Positions 37,561-48,812 of a stretch of 64,000 bases of DNA are shown here, one piece after another; positions within the stretch are counted from its first letter, which is position 1, and the number at the start of each line of letters is the position of its first letter. Under the pieces are notes generated by a model. That model saw only the letters and a program-made list of their open reading frames with translations, did no database searches and was not told the DNA's origin. A program made the position numbers and the translations under genes. This DNA is from Massalongia carnosa (Eukaryota). The DNA is taken from assembly GCA_965645245.1 (NCBI GenBank), contig OZ287071.1:1736001-1800000 (forward strand), given 5' to 3'.

Positions 37561-38649
37561 TCACCCTTCCTCCCCCCCCATCTTTGCATGCCGAAAATAC
37601 TTCATGCCCACCCATGCCACGACCACCCACACCCATGCCATCACGCCCGTCAGGATGATGAGCGCGGGATAATACCCAACGATTGGCAGCGTAGGGTCAT
37701 CCTCTAGCTCCGGCGGCGCGTATGGTGTCTCGCCCACGTCCCACGCCCAGCTCCACACGCCTAGGCAGGAGCCCATGCCGACAACGAACACGATCCAGGT
37801 GCCGACCAGCAGCGCCCAGCCCCATGCGGCCGTTTCGGCGTAGTCCCATTCCAGAGGCTGTTGTTGTGTTTGTTGTGCTTGTTGAATTTGTTGCGTTTGT
37901 TGTTGCTGGGGGGGAAGGGGAAGAGGAACGGAGGACGTGGAGGAGGATGGGGGGAGGGAGCCGAGGGGGGATTTTGCCGCGTGGGCGAGTGGGCGCGGAT
38001 GAGGGTGAGGGTCTTTGGAGGAGGAGGAGGAGGAAGAGGAGGAAGAGGAAGGGGCTGGTTTTGGGGGGGAGAGCTCGTCTTCGTCGGTTGTAGAGGCGGA
38101 GTTGGGAAGCGTGAAGGGGGGCGGGTGGGTGTTGCTGAGCGAGGGTGGATCTAATAATGAGTGCGGTGTTTTGGACGTCGGGAAGTATGCCTGCGTGGTG
38201 GCTGCAGGTAACGAGAGTTTTTCCTTGATAGGCTGGGGACTTTGGACTTCCTCCGCGCTGGCAGCTCCCTCCTCTTTGCCTTCTATACGCGCTTTTCCGG
38301 TGCCTAGTAGCGCCGTTTTTCGCAGCGAGCCTTTGCGGTTCCGGACCTTTTTGTGCTGCATCGCAGACGCCATGGCGCCTCCCGCCACTGCTCGAGGACT
38401 GCTGGGTTGAGGGTTGTCCGAGCCGGCCTGGGGTTTCGGCCGTGAGGGGGACTTGGGGGCATATTGGTAAGGTTGGCTTCTGCCGAAGAAGGGAAATGCG
38501 AGTATGCTTCCGGAAAGAGTCCTTTTGTGGCCGGCTGGCGAGGTGCCATTAGCGGAAGGATTTGACTTGATGGAGGTAGTGGATTCTTTGCCATCTTGAG
38601 GAGGCTTGATGCTTGAATGATTGGGTGGTGAGATGTGTCCATTCTCCAT
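37561..38649 (-). CDS. PIG-Y/Eri1-domain protein (GPI-GlcNAc transferase subunit) with long disordered N-terminus
   Basis: C-terminal two-TM module WGWALLVGTWIVFVVGMGS...YYPALIILTGVMAWVWVVVAWVGMKYFRH. The true start may lie in an upstream exon. Confidence 0.75.
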   Translation of the reverse strand: MENGHISPPNHSSIKPPQDGKESTTSIKSNPSANGTSPAGHKRTLSGSILAFPFFGRSQPYQYAPKSPSRPKPQAGSDNPQPSSPRAVAGGAMASAMQHKKVRNRKGSLRKTALLGTGKARIEGKEEGAASAEEVQSPQPIKEKLSLPAATTQAYFPTSKTPHSLLDPPSLSNTHPPPFTLPNSASTTDEDELSPPKPAPSSSSSSSSSSSKDPHPHPRPLAHAAKSPLGSLPPSSSTSSVPLPLPPQQQQTQQIQQAQQTQQQPLEWDYAETAAWGWALLVGTWIVFVVGMGSCLGVWSWAWDVGETPYAPPELEDDPTLPIVGYYPALIILTGVMAWVWVVVAWVGMKYFRHAKMGGEEG

Positions 38650-39143
38650 CGTACGGCCAGGGTTTGACCATCCAGCGTTATTATCTTGCTAATCGGTGCT
38701 GCCGCTGGTGTCGCCTGGTCTTTTGCTCTTCCATTCTTGCGCTTAGTTGGGAGGCTGGTTTCGCGAGATGTGCAGGGCACCTTCACAGACCAAACTTATG
38801 GTTTGCGCCGGTGGAAAACAACATAAGTACAAACATGAAAAGAAATCGGCAATTTGATGATGACATACAGGTTATGAAATGCATGTTGTGACTTTCCTTC
38901 CAAGGCACGAAGACAGGGTCAAAGCCGCCCTAACTAATGGCGCCGACGGAACCGAAAGCTGCCGTGCCTGCCTCGACTGACTCTGCTTCAGATCAATGCT
39001 TTCTTCGTCCAATTCAAGTGTTTTGAGGCACTTCACCAACTTAGACTATCATTCGTTATATCTGTTCAATCGCATCTTTCTTAACATTTCCACACTACAA
39101 TGAGTATTTTCATTCCTTGGTAAAACCCACCCGCGCCATAGCT

Positions 39144-40628
39144 ATGGCTTCGAGTCTTCCCATCCCCGCTCCTCCCCGAACGCCTACTCCGCCCCTTGAC
39201 GATCAGCCAGCGGGTGAAAACCTTGCTGGCTTAGGCTTGGATGGGTTCCTCAATTCTCCTGCGCAGTCGGTCTTTGATCCTCAATCCTTATCACCAATGG
39301 ACGAGCATTTCCCGGGGAGCCGTTATGGCTCGATTGCTGGAACTTCGCCGAACCCCTTGAGCCCGGCGGACTCTGTTTCTCTATATAGTCCAATGTCAGT
39401 CGATAGTGCGGGAAGCCAAGGCAATACGTTGATGGAGAATGGGAAGGGGGGGTTCAGTTTCCAGCCAACCACCTTGGCAAAATCTCCAGTCTCGAAATCT
39501 GTACGTTTAGCCCCTCCACATAACATACGCTGGCTAACATGATGCTTTTAATAGAGCGTAGGTCAAAGAAGAGGGCATAAATACAAGCACAGCAGCGTCT
39601 CCCACCAAATTTTCCTCGAGCCCTCTCCCCGCGCGCCTCTCTCTCTTCCCAACTCCCTCCCTATCCCTACCCTAACGGAATGCAAACGGAGCATGTCCCG
39701 GGAGCAAAACACGCGCTTCTGGTGGAGCATCAGTCACATGGCGGTAGCCGCCTACACGCTTTGGAGCGCGCAAGGCTCTCTCGCCACGACCGCGCTCTCG
39801 CACCTCATCCTCTTCGACTCCCTGGGCGCTATGCTGTGCGTCGCCGTCGACGTGCTCGGTAACTTCGACGTGTGGGCCCGCAGCAGCGTGCGGCATCCTT
39901 TCGGGCTCGAGCGCGCCGAGGTGCTCGCAGGCTTCGCCATGGCCGTGCTCCTCCTCTTCATGGGCCTGGATCTCCTCTCCCACAACCTACAGCACCTGCT
40001 CGAAGGCCTGAGCAAGCATGACCCACATCTGCCGCACCAGCACCACGTACGCCCAGGTGAAATCGATGCCGCGGCCCTGCTCGCCATTATCTCGACGTTG
40101 GTATCGGCCTCGCTGCTAGGAAACCACGCGCGCATTGCCAAAGCTGTTCGGTTCGCCTATATCAACTCCCTTCCCTCCATCCTTGCCAACCCATCCCACT
40201 TCCTCACTCTCTCCTGCTCCTTCGTCCTGCTACTCCTCCCTCTCCTCAGCCTCCCCGTCTCCACCGCAGTCGACCGCACCCTTAGCCTTAGCGTCGCAAC
40301 CGCCATGTGCGCCCTCGGCGCCGGCCTTGTCAAAGCTCTCGGCTTCATGCTACTGATGTCCTACTCCGCCGGCAACGGCGTGGCGGACCTGATGCGCGAC
40401 GTGGAGGCCGACCCCGCCGTTGCGGCCATCGCCAGCGCCCGCTTCTGGCAGGTGCATTACGGGCTATGCATGGCGAACTTGCAGCTGCGCGCGCGTGGTA
40501 CCGATGAGGGCATTGTGCTGCTGCGGGAGCGAGTGGCGAGTTTGGTGAGAGGCCGGCTAGGCGGGGGGTATGGGGTTGGGGGGCAGCGGTGGGAGGTATC
40601 GACCCAGGTAGATCTTGATCGATTTTGA
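39144..40628 (+). CDS. ZRG17: Cation diffusion facilitator, Zrg17-like ER zinc transporter
   Basis: RRGHKYKHSSVSHQIFLEP...SLPIPT, HPFGLERAEVLAGF and FWQVHYGLCMANL. Intron 39501-39555. Confidence 0.8.
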
Positions 40629-40971
40629 ACAGGGGTTTGGGGGGTTATGGTTTGCGTAAAGGGGTGGAAAGGGCGGGGGCGGGGAAATAAATTGTATATA
40701 TGCGTCTGCAACATGATACCAGATGCGCGGTGAAGGGTTGGGGGATCGGCAAAGTCAGGAAGCATATGGAAGAATCACCCATTGTCTTTGCTTTTATCGT
40801 TTGGAAGGCGAGGCTGCTGGATCAGTCTTCATCCTTTTAACAAGACGAGAAACCATGCCGAACTAGGCTTTAATATCCGTCAAATGTGTTGCGATTTCTC
40901 GCTTATGATCCGCAACGAATAGAGTTTGAAATCTGATCATTCTTTGGAAACATGACCTTCCATTGCATTCC

Positions 40972-42454
40972 CTACTCATATCCATCATCCCCATCCTTTT
41001 CATTTCTTTCCCCACCCCGAGTTCCCTCCCCTTCCTCTTCCCCTTCCCCTTCCCCTTCCCCTTCAACCGACCCAGCACCGACGCCTAATCCCTTAGAGAC
41101 GGCGAACCCGGTCGAACGCACGTACGAGGGCGTGTGGTTGTAGTATTCGTCGACGATTGGATGGATCATCACGGTTTGCTTGTGGATTGTGATGGTCGAG
41201 TTGGTGGGGACTGTTACCCAGTTGTCTGGTTTCGGGATGGGGAAGAGGTTAGCTAAGGACCAGAGGGGGTTTGTTGAGGGGGGAGAGGAAATTAGAAGAC
41301 AGGGGGAGAGTTAGATGATAGAATGAGCAGTGCAGTTCTAGTGAATATATAGGGATTGTCTTTTTTCTTTCTTTCTTTTTCTCTAAAAAAAACCCCACAT
41401 GTATGTAAAAAATAGGATGAGAGGTGAGCTAGGGTGGAAATGGATGCAAGTATTCAAGATTGATGGATATACTGTGAAATCTTGGTACGCACCCCGTTCG
41501 AAAGTCAGAGGCTCGCTAGCCACTAACACAATATCGGCTCCCTTGTCTCGTCTTTCCATCTTGTAGTTTCCCTTGCCACCTTCTTCCTTCCAACTTGTCC
41601 CGGAGGAGAAATACAAACTCGCCGCTTCGTCGGTCGCGCTATTCACGTACCGCGTGCACACTACACTATGACCATCAGCAACCGCGAAATTGAGCAAGCT
41701 CCGTGTATCGAGCCCTGCGCGGAGCTCGCCGGGAATACCGGCAATGAGCTGGTTGATACGTTTGATGGTCTGCAGCATGGCTTTGCGTAGCACTGCATGC
41801 CCGAAGCCTCCATGGTTCGAGACGTCGGTGTCTGGGTTGTAGCCATTGCGCTGCATAACGTCGAGGAATAGCGCAAAGGCCCATTCACTGTCCGTACTGC
41901 CTTGCACGCCATTGAACCAGGCGGCATCGACGGAGAGGGCTAGGGAGCGCTTAACATGCTTCCAGCCACCTATGTTGCCGTTGTGCATGAACATAAGGCA
42001 GCCACGACGGAATGGATGGCAATTGCTGTCGGAGAGGGAGCCTTCGGTAGTGGCACGCACATGAGCAAAGATCAGCGACGAGGTAGTTTTCGATGCAAGA
42101 CGCTCCAGGTTGATGCAGTTCCATGCAGGAATTGTAGAAGTGAAGATGCAAGGTTCGGGGCCCAGGGAAGGGTGCGTGTAGTATCCAACACCAAACCCAT
42201 CCCCATTGTGAGGTCTTCTTGTATCCTGATGCACAGTTAGTAAGGAGAAATACGATGAACGAACAGGAGACCCTAGAGAAAGTACCAAGCGGAGACGACA
42301 ATCATAGGACTGAGTCAGGATGGAATGTTGAGGTTCAAGGATCAGCTTGGACAGAAGGATTTCATCCTTTCCTTTGTAGACCTAGATATGCCGTTGGTTA
42401 TCCTAGCTGCCATATGATTGAATGAACCCCGAATATTACCAGGAATCGACACAT
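40972..42454 (-). CDS. DUG3: Class II glutamine amidotransferase Dug3 (glutathione degradation)
   Basis: Spliced N-terminus MCRFLVYKG (Cys nucleophile), NGDGFGVGYY, FAHVRATT, NCHPF, FMHNG, GSTDSEWAFALF, VASEPLTFER-DNWVTVPTNS. Three introns. Confidence 0.93.
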
Positions 42455-43662
42455 AGTCTGGATGATACTGTGTCAAATGCTCAGATGTTTTTGATGCACC
42501 ACCTCGTTGAGGAAGTTTAGCTTTTAGAGCTTTCAGCTAGTCGATGAGTGGCATATGTACGAGTAGTATACGACGATCACGCCATCGTCATCAATACCTT
42601 ATACAACGTGCTTGTCTGAAGAAAACTGAAAGAGATCTGGAAAAGGTGATATCTGCCTATCGATAAAGAAATCGCGATCTTGCAGAGGATTGGAGGCCAG
42701 AAAAGGTATTGCGGTTGCCAGCCGAATGGGTGGCAAACATCCAAATACGGAATCGATAGCTTTTTGACTGACATCTTGACTTCATAAAAGCACCCAAAAA
42801 CAGAGGCGTGGGCGAGCATTGAAGCATGTTGTCTTGATATTCGCTAGGCGCCGTTCTGCTTTCACAAGTTGCAGCTTGTTTGAAGGTTGAGCAATGCGGC
42901 AAACAGGTTGAGCCAAAAATTGTCCGTTGTCATTAGCAAGCAGCTCTCGTCTGAAAGACGGGAACTACTGAGCCTGATATCGTGCTTTAAAGTAATTGAA
43001 CTTCCGAAGGTATCAAGGATAACTGAACCTAGCTTGTTGCCAAATTCTCCTACGATAGAGGTAGCTACGGTTACGTGACTTTGAACGACGAGGACAAATG
43101 AACGGTAATGATGGATACCACAGGTACGTAGTTGTACTTCCATACAGAGTATAGGTTACGGTAGGCTATGATCAGAGATCTGCTCGCCCTCGAATGTTTC
43201 CACCTTCGATGTTCTATCTTCCACCTTTCCCATCTATTGGTCCAAGTACATACCGTATTGATGTATGTATCTTACATCTAGCATCAATACCAGGCAAAAT
43301 GCAGCCCGCTTCCTCCATCCTCCAGTTATTTTTGGTGCATGCCACCTCGTGTTCAGCGAAGAAGACGTCAACGCTCTTCTGTACACAACGTTAATTAGCC
43401 CGACACTTCATGCAGATCTGGTGTATATCCCACAGCATGTCACTCGTTTCATTCCTGCCTTGACAGACTGTCAATGGATCGAGACGCCTGGAGTCAACCA
43501 GGTCTCATCTCCACCCAAGAAGGCTTCCCAACCCCGTTGCTTATATGATTGAAAGTTTGGGTAACACGAGAAGCTAGAGAAGCTAGTCTTTCATACGGAT
43601 TTATCAAATCGCCTTTCTAATCTGCGGTTTCCTTTGGGAAACCATTAGCAGTTTGTTGAATA

Positions 43663-45485
43663 ATGTCAACAGTAATCAATAATGAAGTCGAGGATGAGAA
43701 TGAAGGCGATCAAAGAAGCCTGTTGCTGGACACCAATAGCACTCAGCCGTCAGTTAATATACTATACCTTTTACTTCTAACCTGCGGAATTGGAGGGTAC
43801 GTAATAACTCTGACATATATGTTCTGGTTTCATATATTGATTCTCAATCCAGCTTGCAAGTCGTTTGGTCTGTGGTATTATCAAATGGTTCAGTGAGTGC
43901 TCTGCGCTGCTTCGAACACCGTCTGTGCTATGTACGCTACGGCTCCTATCAGTTTCTGACTATCACTCAGCCATTTCTTGTATCCCTAGGCCTTTCAAAG
44001 TCCCTTACTGCACTTATCTGGATAGCAGCGCCCCTTTGTGGGGTGGTTGTCCAACCTGTAATGGGATTTTTAAGTGATCAAAGTCACAATCGTTGGGGAC
44101 GACGAAGACCCTTCATCATTTGGGGTGCGCTGGGAACCATTATCTCCATGCTCGCCCTTGCCTGGGTTGAAAATATCTTCTACGTATCTACAAATTCCGT
44201 TGGTGGACACCTTAAACAAAGCACCCTGCAGTCTTTGGTCGTGGTACTTGCAACTTTCTGGATCTATGCTCTCAACATCTCCATTCAACCTCTTCAGGCA
44301 GGCATTCGTGCACTCATCGTGGAAAATTGTCCTACACATCAACAAAATCAGGCTAGCGCATGGGCCAGTAGGATGATTGGAGCTGGAAATGTGGTTGGCT
44401 ATCTCTCTGGATCAGTCTCGCTGCCCGAAATATTCCTGTCGTTCCATTTGGCGCAATTTCAAGGCTTATGCCTGATTGCTAGTTTATCATTGGTCGCTAC
44501 GGTCATCATCACTTGCTTCTCAATCGTTGAAACAAACCCAAGAAAGAAATCTCCGGTCTCGCTCAATAGCGCCAGCTTAGCAACGATGCTGCGGAGGCTG
44601 ATTCGCACTTACAACTTGATGCCGACCCGAATTCGAAAAGTGTGCCACATACAGTTTTTTGCCTGGATGGGTTGGTTTCCTTTTATGTTCTATTCAACCA
44701 CGTAAGTCGACCTACAAAAGGTATTATATGGCACCCTCAAGCTGATTGCTTTCTTTCTTTCGCGTAGTTATGTAGCAGAGCGCTGTGAGTAATAGCTCCA
44801 GAAATGATCAACATAGCGCTGACAGCAACTAGGTGCTGCTCCTCCAACGATTAGAGGTTCCATTCCAAGCCAACGCCAAATAGACCAAGATGCAATCCGG
44901 CGTGGAACATTCGCTAGCCTCCTCTTCGCAATCGTCGCGCTATTAGCCAACATTGCCCTTCCTTTCCTTATCGATTCTCCCAGGAAGGACTTTAACAATA
45001 CATCACAAGACTATGCCTCCGATTTCCTTTCACGCATCGCCCGATTCAATATTCCCCGCGCATGGACCTGCGGGCATCTTATCTTCGCCCTAGCCATGTT
45101 TGCTACCTTCTTCGTAACCTCCATAGCCGGCGCCACCCTTCTCGTCGCGTCCGCCGGCCTCTCCTGGGCGCTCACTCTCTGGGCCCCTTTCGCCATCATC
45201 GGCACCGAAATCGCCGCCCGTCAGTGTCGTAGTCGCCCTCTTGGCGAATTCAACATGGGCGAGGACGCGGAGGAAGACTTAACGACACGAGATCAAGCAG
45301 GGGCTATCATCGGATTGCATAATGTTGCCGTTTCCGCGCCGCAGATCTTGGCCGCGTTTTGGTGCAGCGGGATTTTCTGGGCGGCACAGGCGTTTGGGAG
45401 TCGTGAAGGGACGGCGTGGGTGCTGAGAGCGGGGGGCGGGATGGCGTTGGTGGCTGCATGGTTGACGAGGAGGTTTGAGGAGTGA
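43663..45485 (+). CDS. GPH/MFS general alpha-glucoside/sucrose-H+ symporter (S. pombe Sut1-like)
   Basis: IWIAAPLCGVVVQP..G..SD...RWGRRRPFI, QPLQAGIRALI, VCHIQFFAWMGWFPFMFY, GAIIGLHNVAVSAPQ. Four introns, including a 17-nt micro-exon at 44768-44784. Confidence 0.88.
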
Positions 45486-45993
45486 GATTGGTAGGTCGTG
45501 AGCTTGGGGGTATAACTTTTTGGGGGGTTCCTGGGATTTATTTTCATGGTGGATAGATCTAGAGACCGATCACCTTGGGATCTTTAAAGGTCTACAAGGC
45601 TTGTCGACATTCATATCTCACTATGTATTTGATATATGTTATCGACTAATGCATTTAAGTATTCATGCAATTCTTTAGTCTCATTCCTTCTCGTTCGATC
45701 TCACCTCGTCATATTGAAATATTTGCTGGTGAGATTTGATCAATTACCGTCAACAAGCAAACGACTAGGAGAGAATATAACTTTCTTAAAAGGGCGTTCA
45801 CCGGTACACGTTAACGATCACGAGAGATTTAACCCCCCCAAAAACCACAGTGTTTTGGAAGCTTCGCTAGCAAAGGGAATATGGCAGGCTAGAGGCATCA
45901 TACTACGATTGATGCCGCAATACCAAGCCTGTGGATTGATATTTTCACGTGACCGTATGACTGATTAGTCAGGACAATCGTACTCCGTACATA

Positions 45994-46011
45994 TCAGTAC
46001 CTCAGACGTGC
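45994..46011 (+). repeat. Left terminal inverted repeat
   Basis: Reverse complement of 48795-48812 with one mismatch. Confidence 0.85.
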
Positions 46012-46488
46012 TGTGGCTCAGCCTTCGCCTTTATAACCTTTTCCGGTTAACTTGGCGCTAACTTATTTAGCCTTCAAGTCTAACTTTTTATAGTTAGACT
46101 TTACTTACTAAGTTCGCTGTGTGTGAGGGCAAAACTCAATAATACAGGCAGGTTTGCCTTATAATGAGAAAATGTTAAAATACCAAACCGCCTTACCCGA
46201 TTAAGCGTAAAATATCAACTCGATTGTGTTATACCATCCCATCGTTTCTATGAGTGTTATTTATGTGTTTTCCAACTACACGACAGACTATGCGTGCTGT
46301 AGAACGCCATCAAGGAACAATGAGCGCGCTTTTTAACCTCGATGCAAGTTAGACAAAAGGCCCAGATCTCAGTCTAAAATGGACATCTAGCTGAGTCACG
46401 AAAATAGTAAGAGAATGATAGCTGCAAGCGGTCATTGATTCATAATTAACTTGTCATCTTATAGCTAGACTATGTACGGCAAAGCTAG

Positions 46489-47438
46489 GATCGAGCGGCA
46501 ATCATCCTTCATGAACAGGGTTGGACCTGGGTCGCGGAGGCCCTTCGAGCGGAGCTCAATGCACTGGTTGCAACGGCTGCATTTGGGGTTTTCCACCCAC
46601 CGTCGGAGACTGACGAGCTGGGCACCTTAAATAGCTTCAAGGGTGCCGCATCGGTCATCATGAGTAAGGCGCCACGATGGCTAGATCCTATTCAGCGCGT
46701 CTGTTGTGATACCCACCGAGACGAGTCCACTCATCCTCAGCGCGCCACTCCGGTCGGGCGGCAGTTAACTATATTGTCCCTCTTTTGTCACATATTGCGC
46801 CCGAATACGTCAACAAATTTTCAGAGCGTCATGGGCCTTTATATCTATCAGGGTGGCGCCAGGCGCAGAGTTCTGGATACTCTATGTCAACTTGGCTTGA
46901 CAATGTCGTATTCCACTCTTCAACGGCGCATGTCAAGCTTAAGTGACGAAGCGAGGCGAAAAATAAGGACGATAGGACGAGCTTCAACTACTGTTGTAAC
47001 CTATGATAATTTTGTTTTTGCAGAAGGCCGAAGAGGCGAGAGAATCGGTGACGTAAGAGAGTTTCGATCAATTACGACCGCTTTGATATTTGAAGGACAG
47101 GGCCTTGGGATAACGGTCTTGAGACAAAATATGTGGCAACCTGAGAATTATCCTTTGTCCGCCATATGACTCGCACTAAGATTGAAACCAGATGACATAG
47201 ACGCACAGGTAAGCATCGACCACTTTTCCAAGCGGCTTACTTGAAACTGATGAAATGTGGACGAAGATTCAAATTCATCATGTCGAGTCGGCAATCCAAG
47301 CCCTTTACAATGCTAAATTCAGCGACTTCAACTTTCCTCGGGTTACATCCATGCCTGTGTTGAAAAGACTGAATCGCCTTCGAACGAAGTATCATCCGTT
47401 GAAGCCGGTTATGAAAGACGAAAGCACAACTGTTGAAG
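46489..47438 (+). pseudogene. Truncated Academ/DUF6589-type transposase
   Basis: ELNALV..FG.F...APRWL, GARRRVLDTLCQLGLTMSYSTL, VVTYDNF and HPLKPVMKDESTTVE, then cut. In-frame TAGs at 46462 and 46486, TGA at 47167, intron ~47209-47266. Confidence 0.7.
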
Positions 47439-48198
47439 ATCAAGCATTTCAGCTTGTGATTTCAACAAATAACTGACTTGAATGTAAATCTCTGGTCAAT
47501 CAAGAGGTGTTTTGATAAGTCGAGTTTCATCATGAAACCCACATTGACTTCTAACGCAGTTCAAGCTTTCTCCATCCAATGTTGCAGAAACTCCCAAAAA
47601 GGGTATTCCATCTGGCAATCATGTTCGAAGCACCCCAAGATTGAAGTATTCAGGTCGAAAATCACGCCATTCCGATACCAGATGCAGCCCGTCGATAGCC
47701 AACAGACAAAGATTTGAGAAATAAGATGAATGACTGAGAACCATTTCGTTAAACAATTTCGACGTTGCTATTTCTGGACTCATGAATACTGTAAGTAACA
47801 ATTAGAGCGCTGACTTGTATACAAACAGATTTATTCGACTTATCATGAGTGTAACGACTATGACGAATAGCAGTCAAGGTAGACGAGTTGTTATTATCTC
47901 CGTTCAACACTATGGGTCGACAGTTGTCGATGAGTATAAGTTTTTCACATTGCTCTTCTTCCAGTGCAATCAAAGGCATGATTATCAACACTGACTTGCA
48001 AGGCGAAAACATCAAAGGAGCACCTTGAAATAGTATGCTTTTTCCGAAGCCTGTTTTTGCTATCAAAATCAAATCCATCTTATCGCACAACAGATGATGA
48101 AGAGCATCCACCTGCGCCCTCTTTAGACGAAACCCGAAATAACGATCAACAACGCTCTCGATCTTCTCAAGAGTCAACGCCTGTATCGCGTCGTTCAT
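47433..48198 (-). pseudogene. Truncated RecQ-like SF2 helicase (first RecA domain only)
   Basis: Motif I DLILIAKTGFGKS, Ia IIMPLIALEEEQ, Ib VFMSPE, II LLAIDGLH (DExH degenerate), RecQ aromatic loop SEWRDFRPEY, III GVSAT, then LD*PEI. TGA stops at 47621-47619 and 47498-47496; intron 47843-47789 with donor mutated to AT. Confidence 0.85.
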
Positions 48199-48794
48199 AT
48201 TGATGTAATAGCGCTACAATCTTGATCGAGTTTCGAACTGTCAAAAAGCACGCTAGCAAGGACGACGACTAGATTTTCGAGTTCGGAGCCCTGAAGGACT
48301 ATAATAACTTGATCCGTCAAGGCAATATGATGGATATAAGCGCCGACCGTTGATTTGAAGAGCAAGACTCAGTTTGATATTGTCGTGCTGTTGTCGGGAT
48401 TTGAGAAACAATTTGAGTCGATGTTGCTCGACGAGGAAGATATTCGCGCAACGCATGCAGGGCGTTTAAATTTTAGGACATTCAATAAAGCATATCTGAA
48501 AGTAGCGGCGAAAATGAAGTATTATATAACAATTATCATGTGTTGTTGTTGATCCTGTCCTGAACGTGAAAAACGATGATTTTTTATCTTAAGCACGAAA
48601 TTTACATGTGTTGTCACCAAAATAACGCGAACCTGGCAAAATTACAGAGTTTTGAACTCAGACCTGCCGCCCGAAGCATACGTAGTAAGCTAAACAGAGT
48701 CTTAACCCAAAACAATTAAACTATTCACTAAACTAGCTTAGCTTTAGACTAATAATATACTAATCTGAATAGGTTTAGCTGTGGCGAGGGCAAG

Positions 48795-48812
48795 GCAGGT
48801 CTGAGGTACTGA
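48795..48812 (-). repeat. Right terminal inverted repeat
   Basis: Reverse complement of 45994-46011 with one mismatch. Confidence 0.85.

Larger units (their letters stand above)
45994..48812. mobile_element. Internally deleted AcademH-like DNA transposon relic (transposase + RecQ-like helicase, TIR-bounded)
   Basis: TIRs TCAGTACCTCAGACGTGC (45994-46011) and GCAGGTCTGAGGTACTGA (48795-48812) match at 17/18 positions. They enclose convergent, truncated transposase-like and SF2 helicase genes with nonsense mutations. Confidence 0.8.

Noticed and set aside
47749..48198. Host SGS1/RecQ gene
   Set aside because: Truncated, carries stops and a dead splice donor, and lies inside TIRs next to a transposase-like gene.
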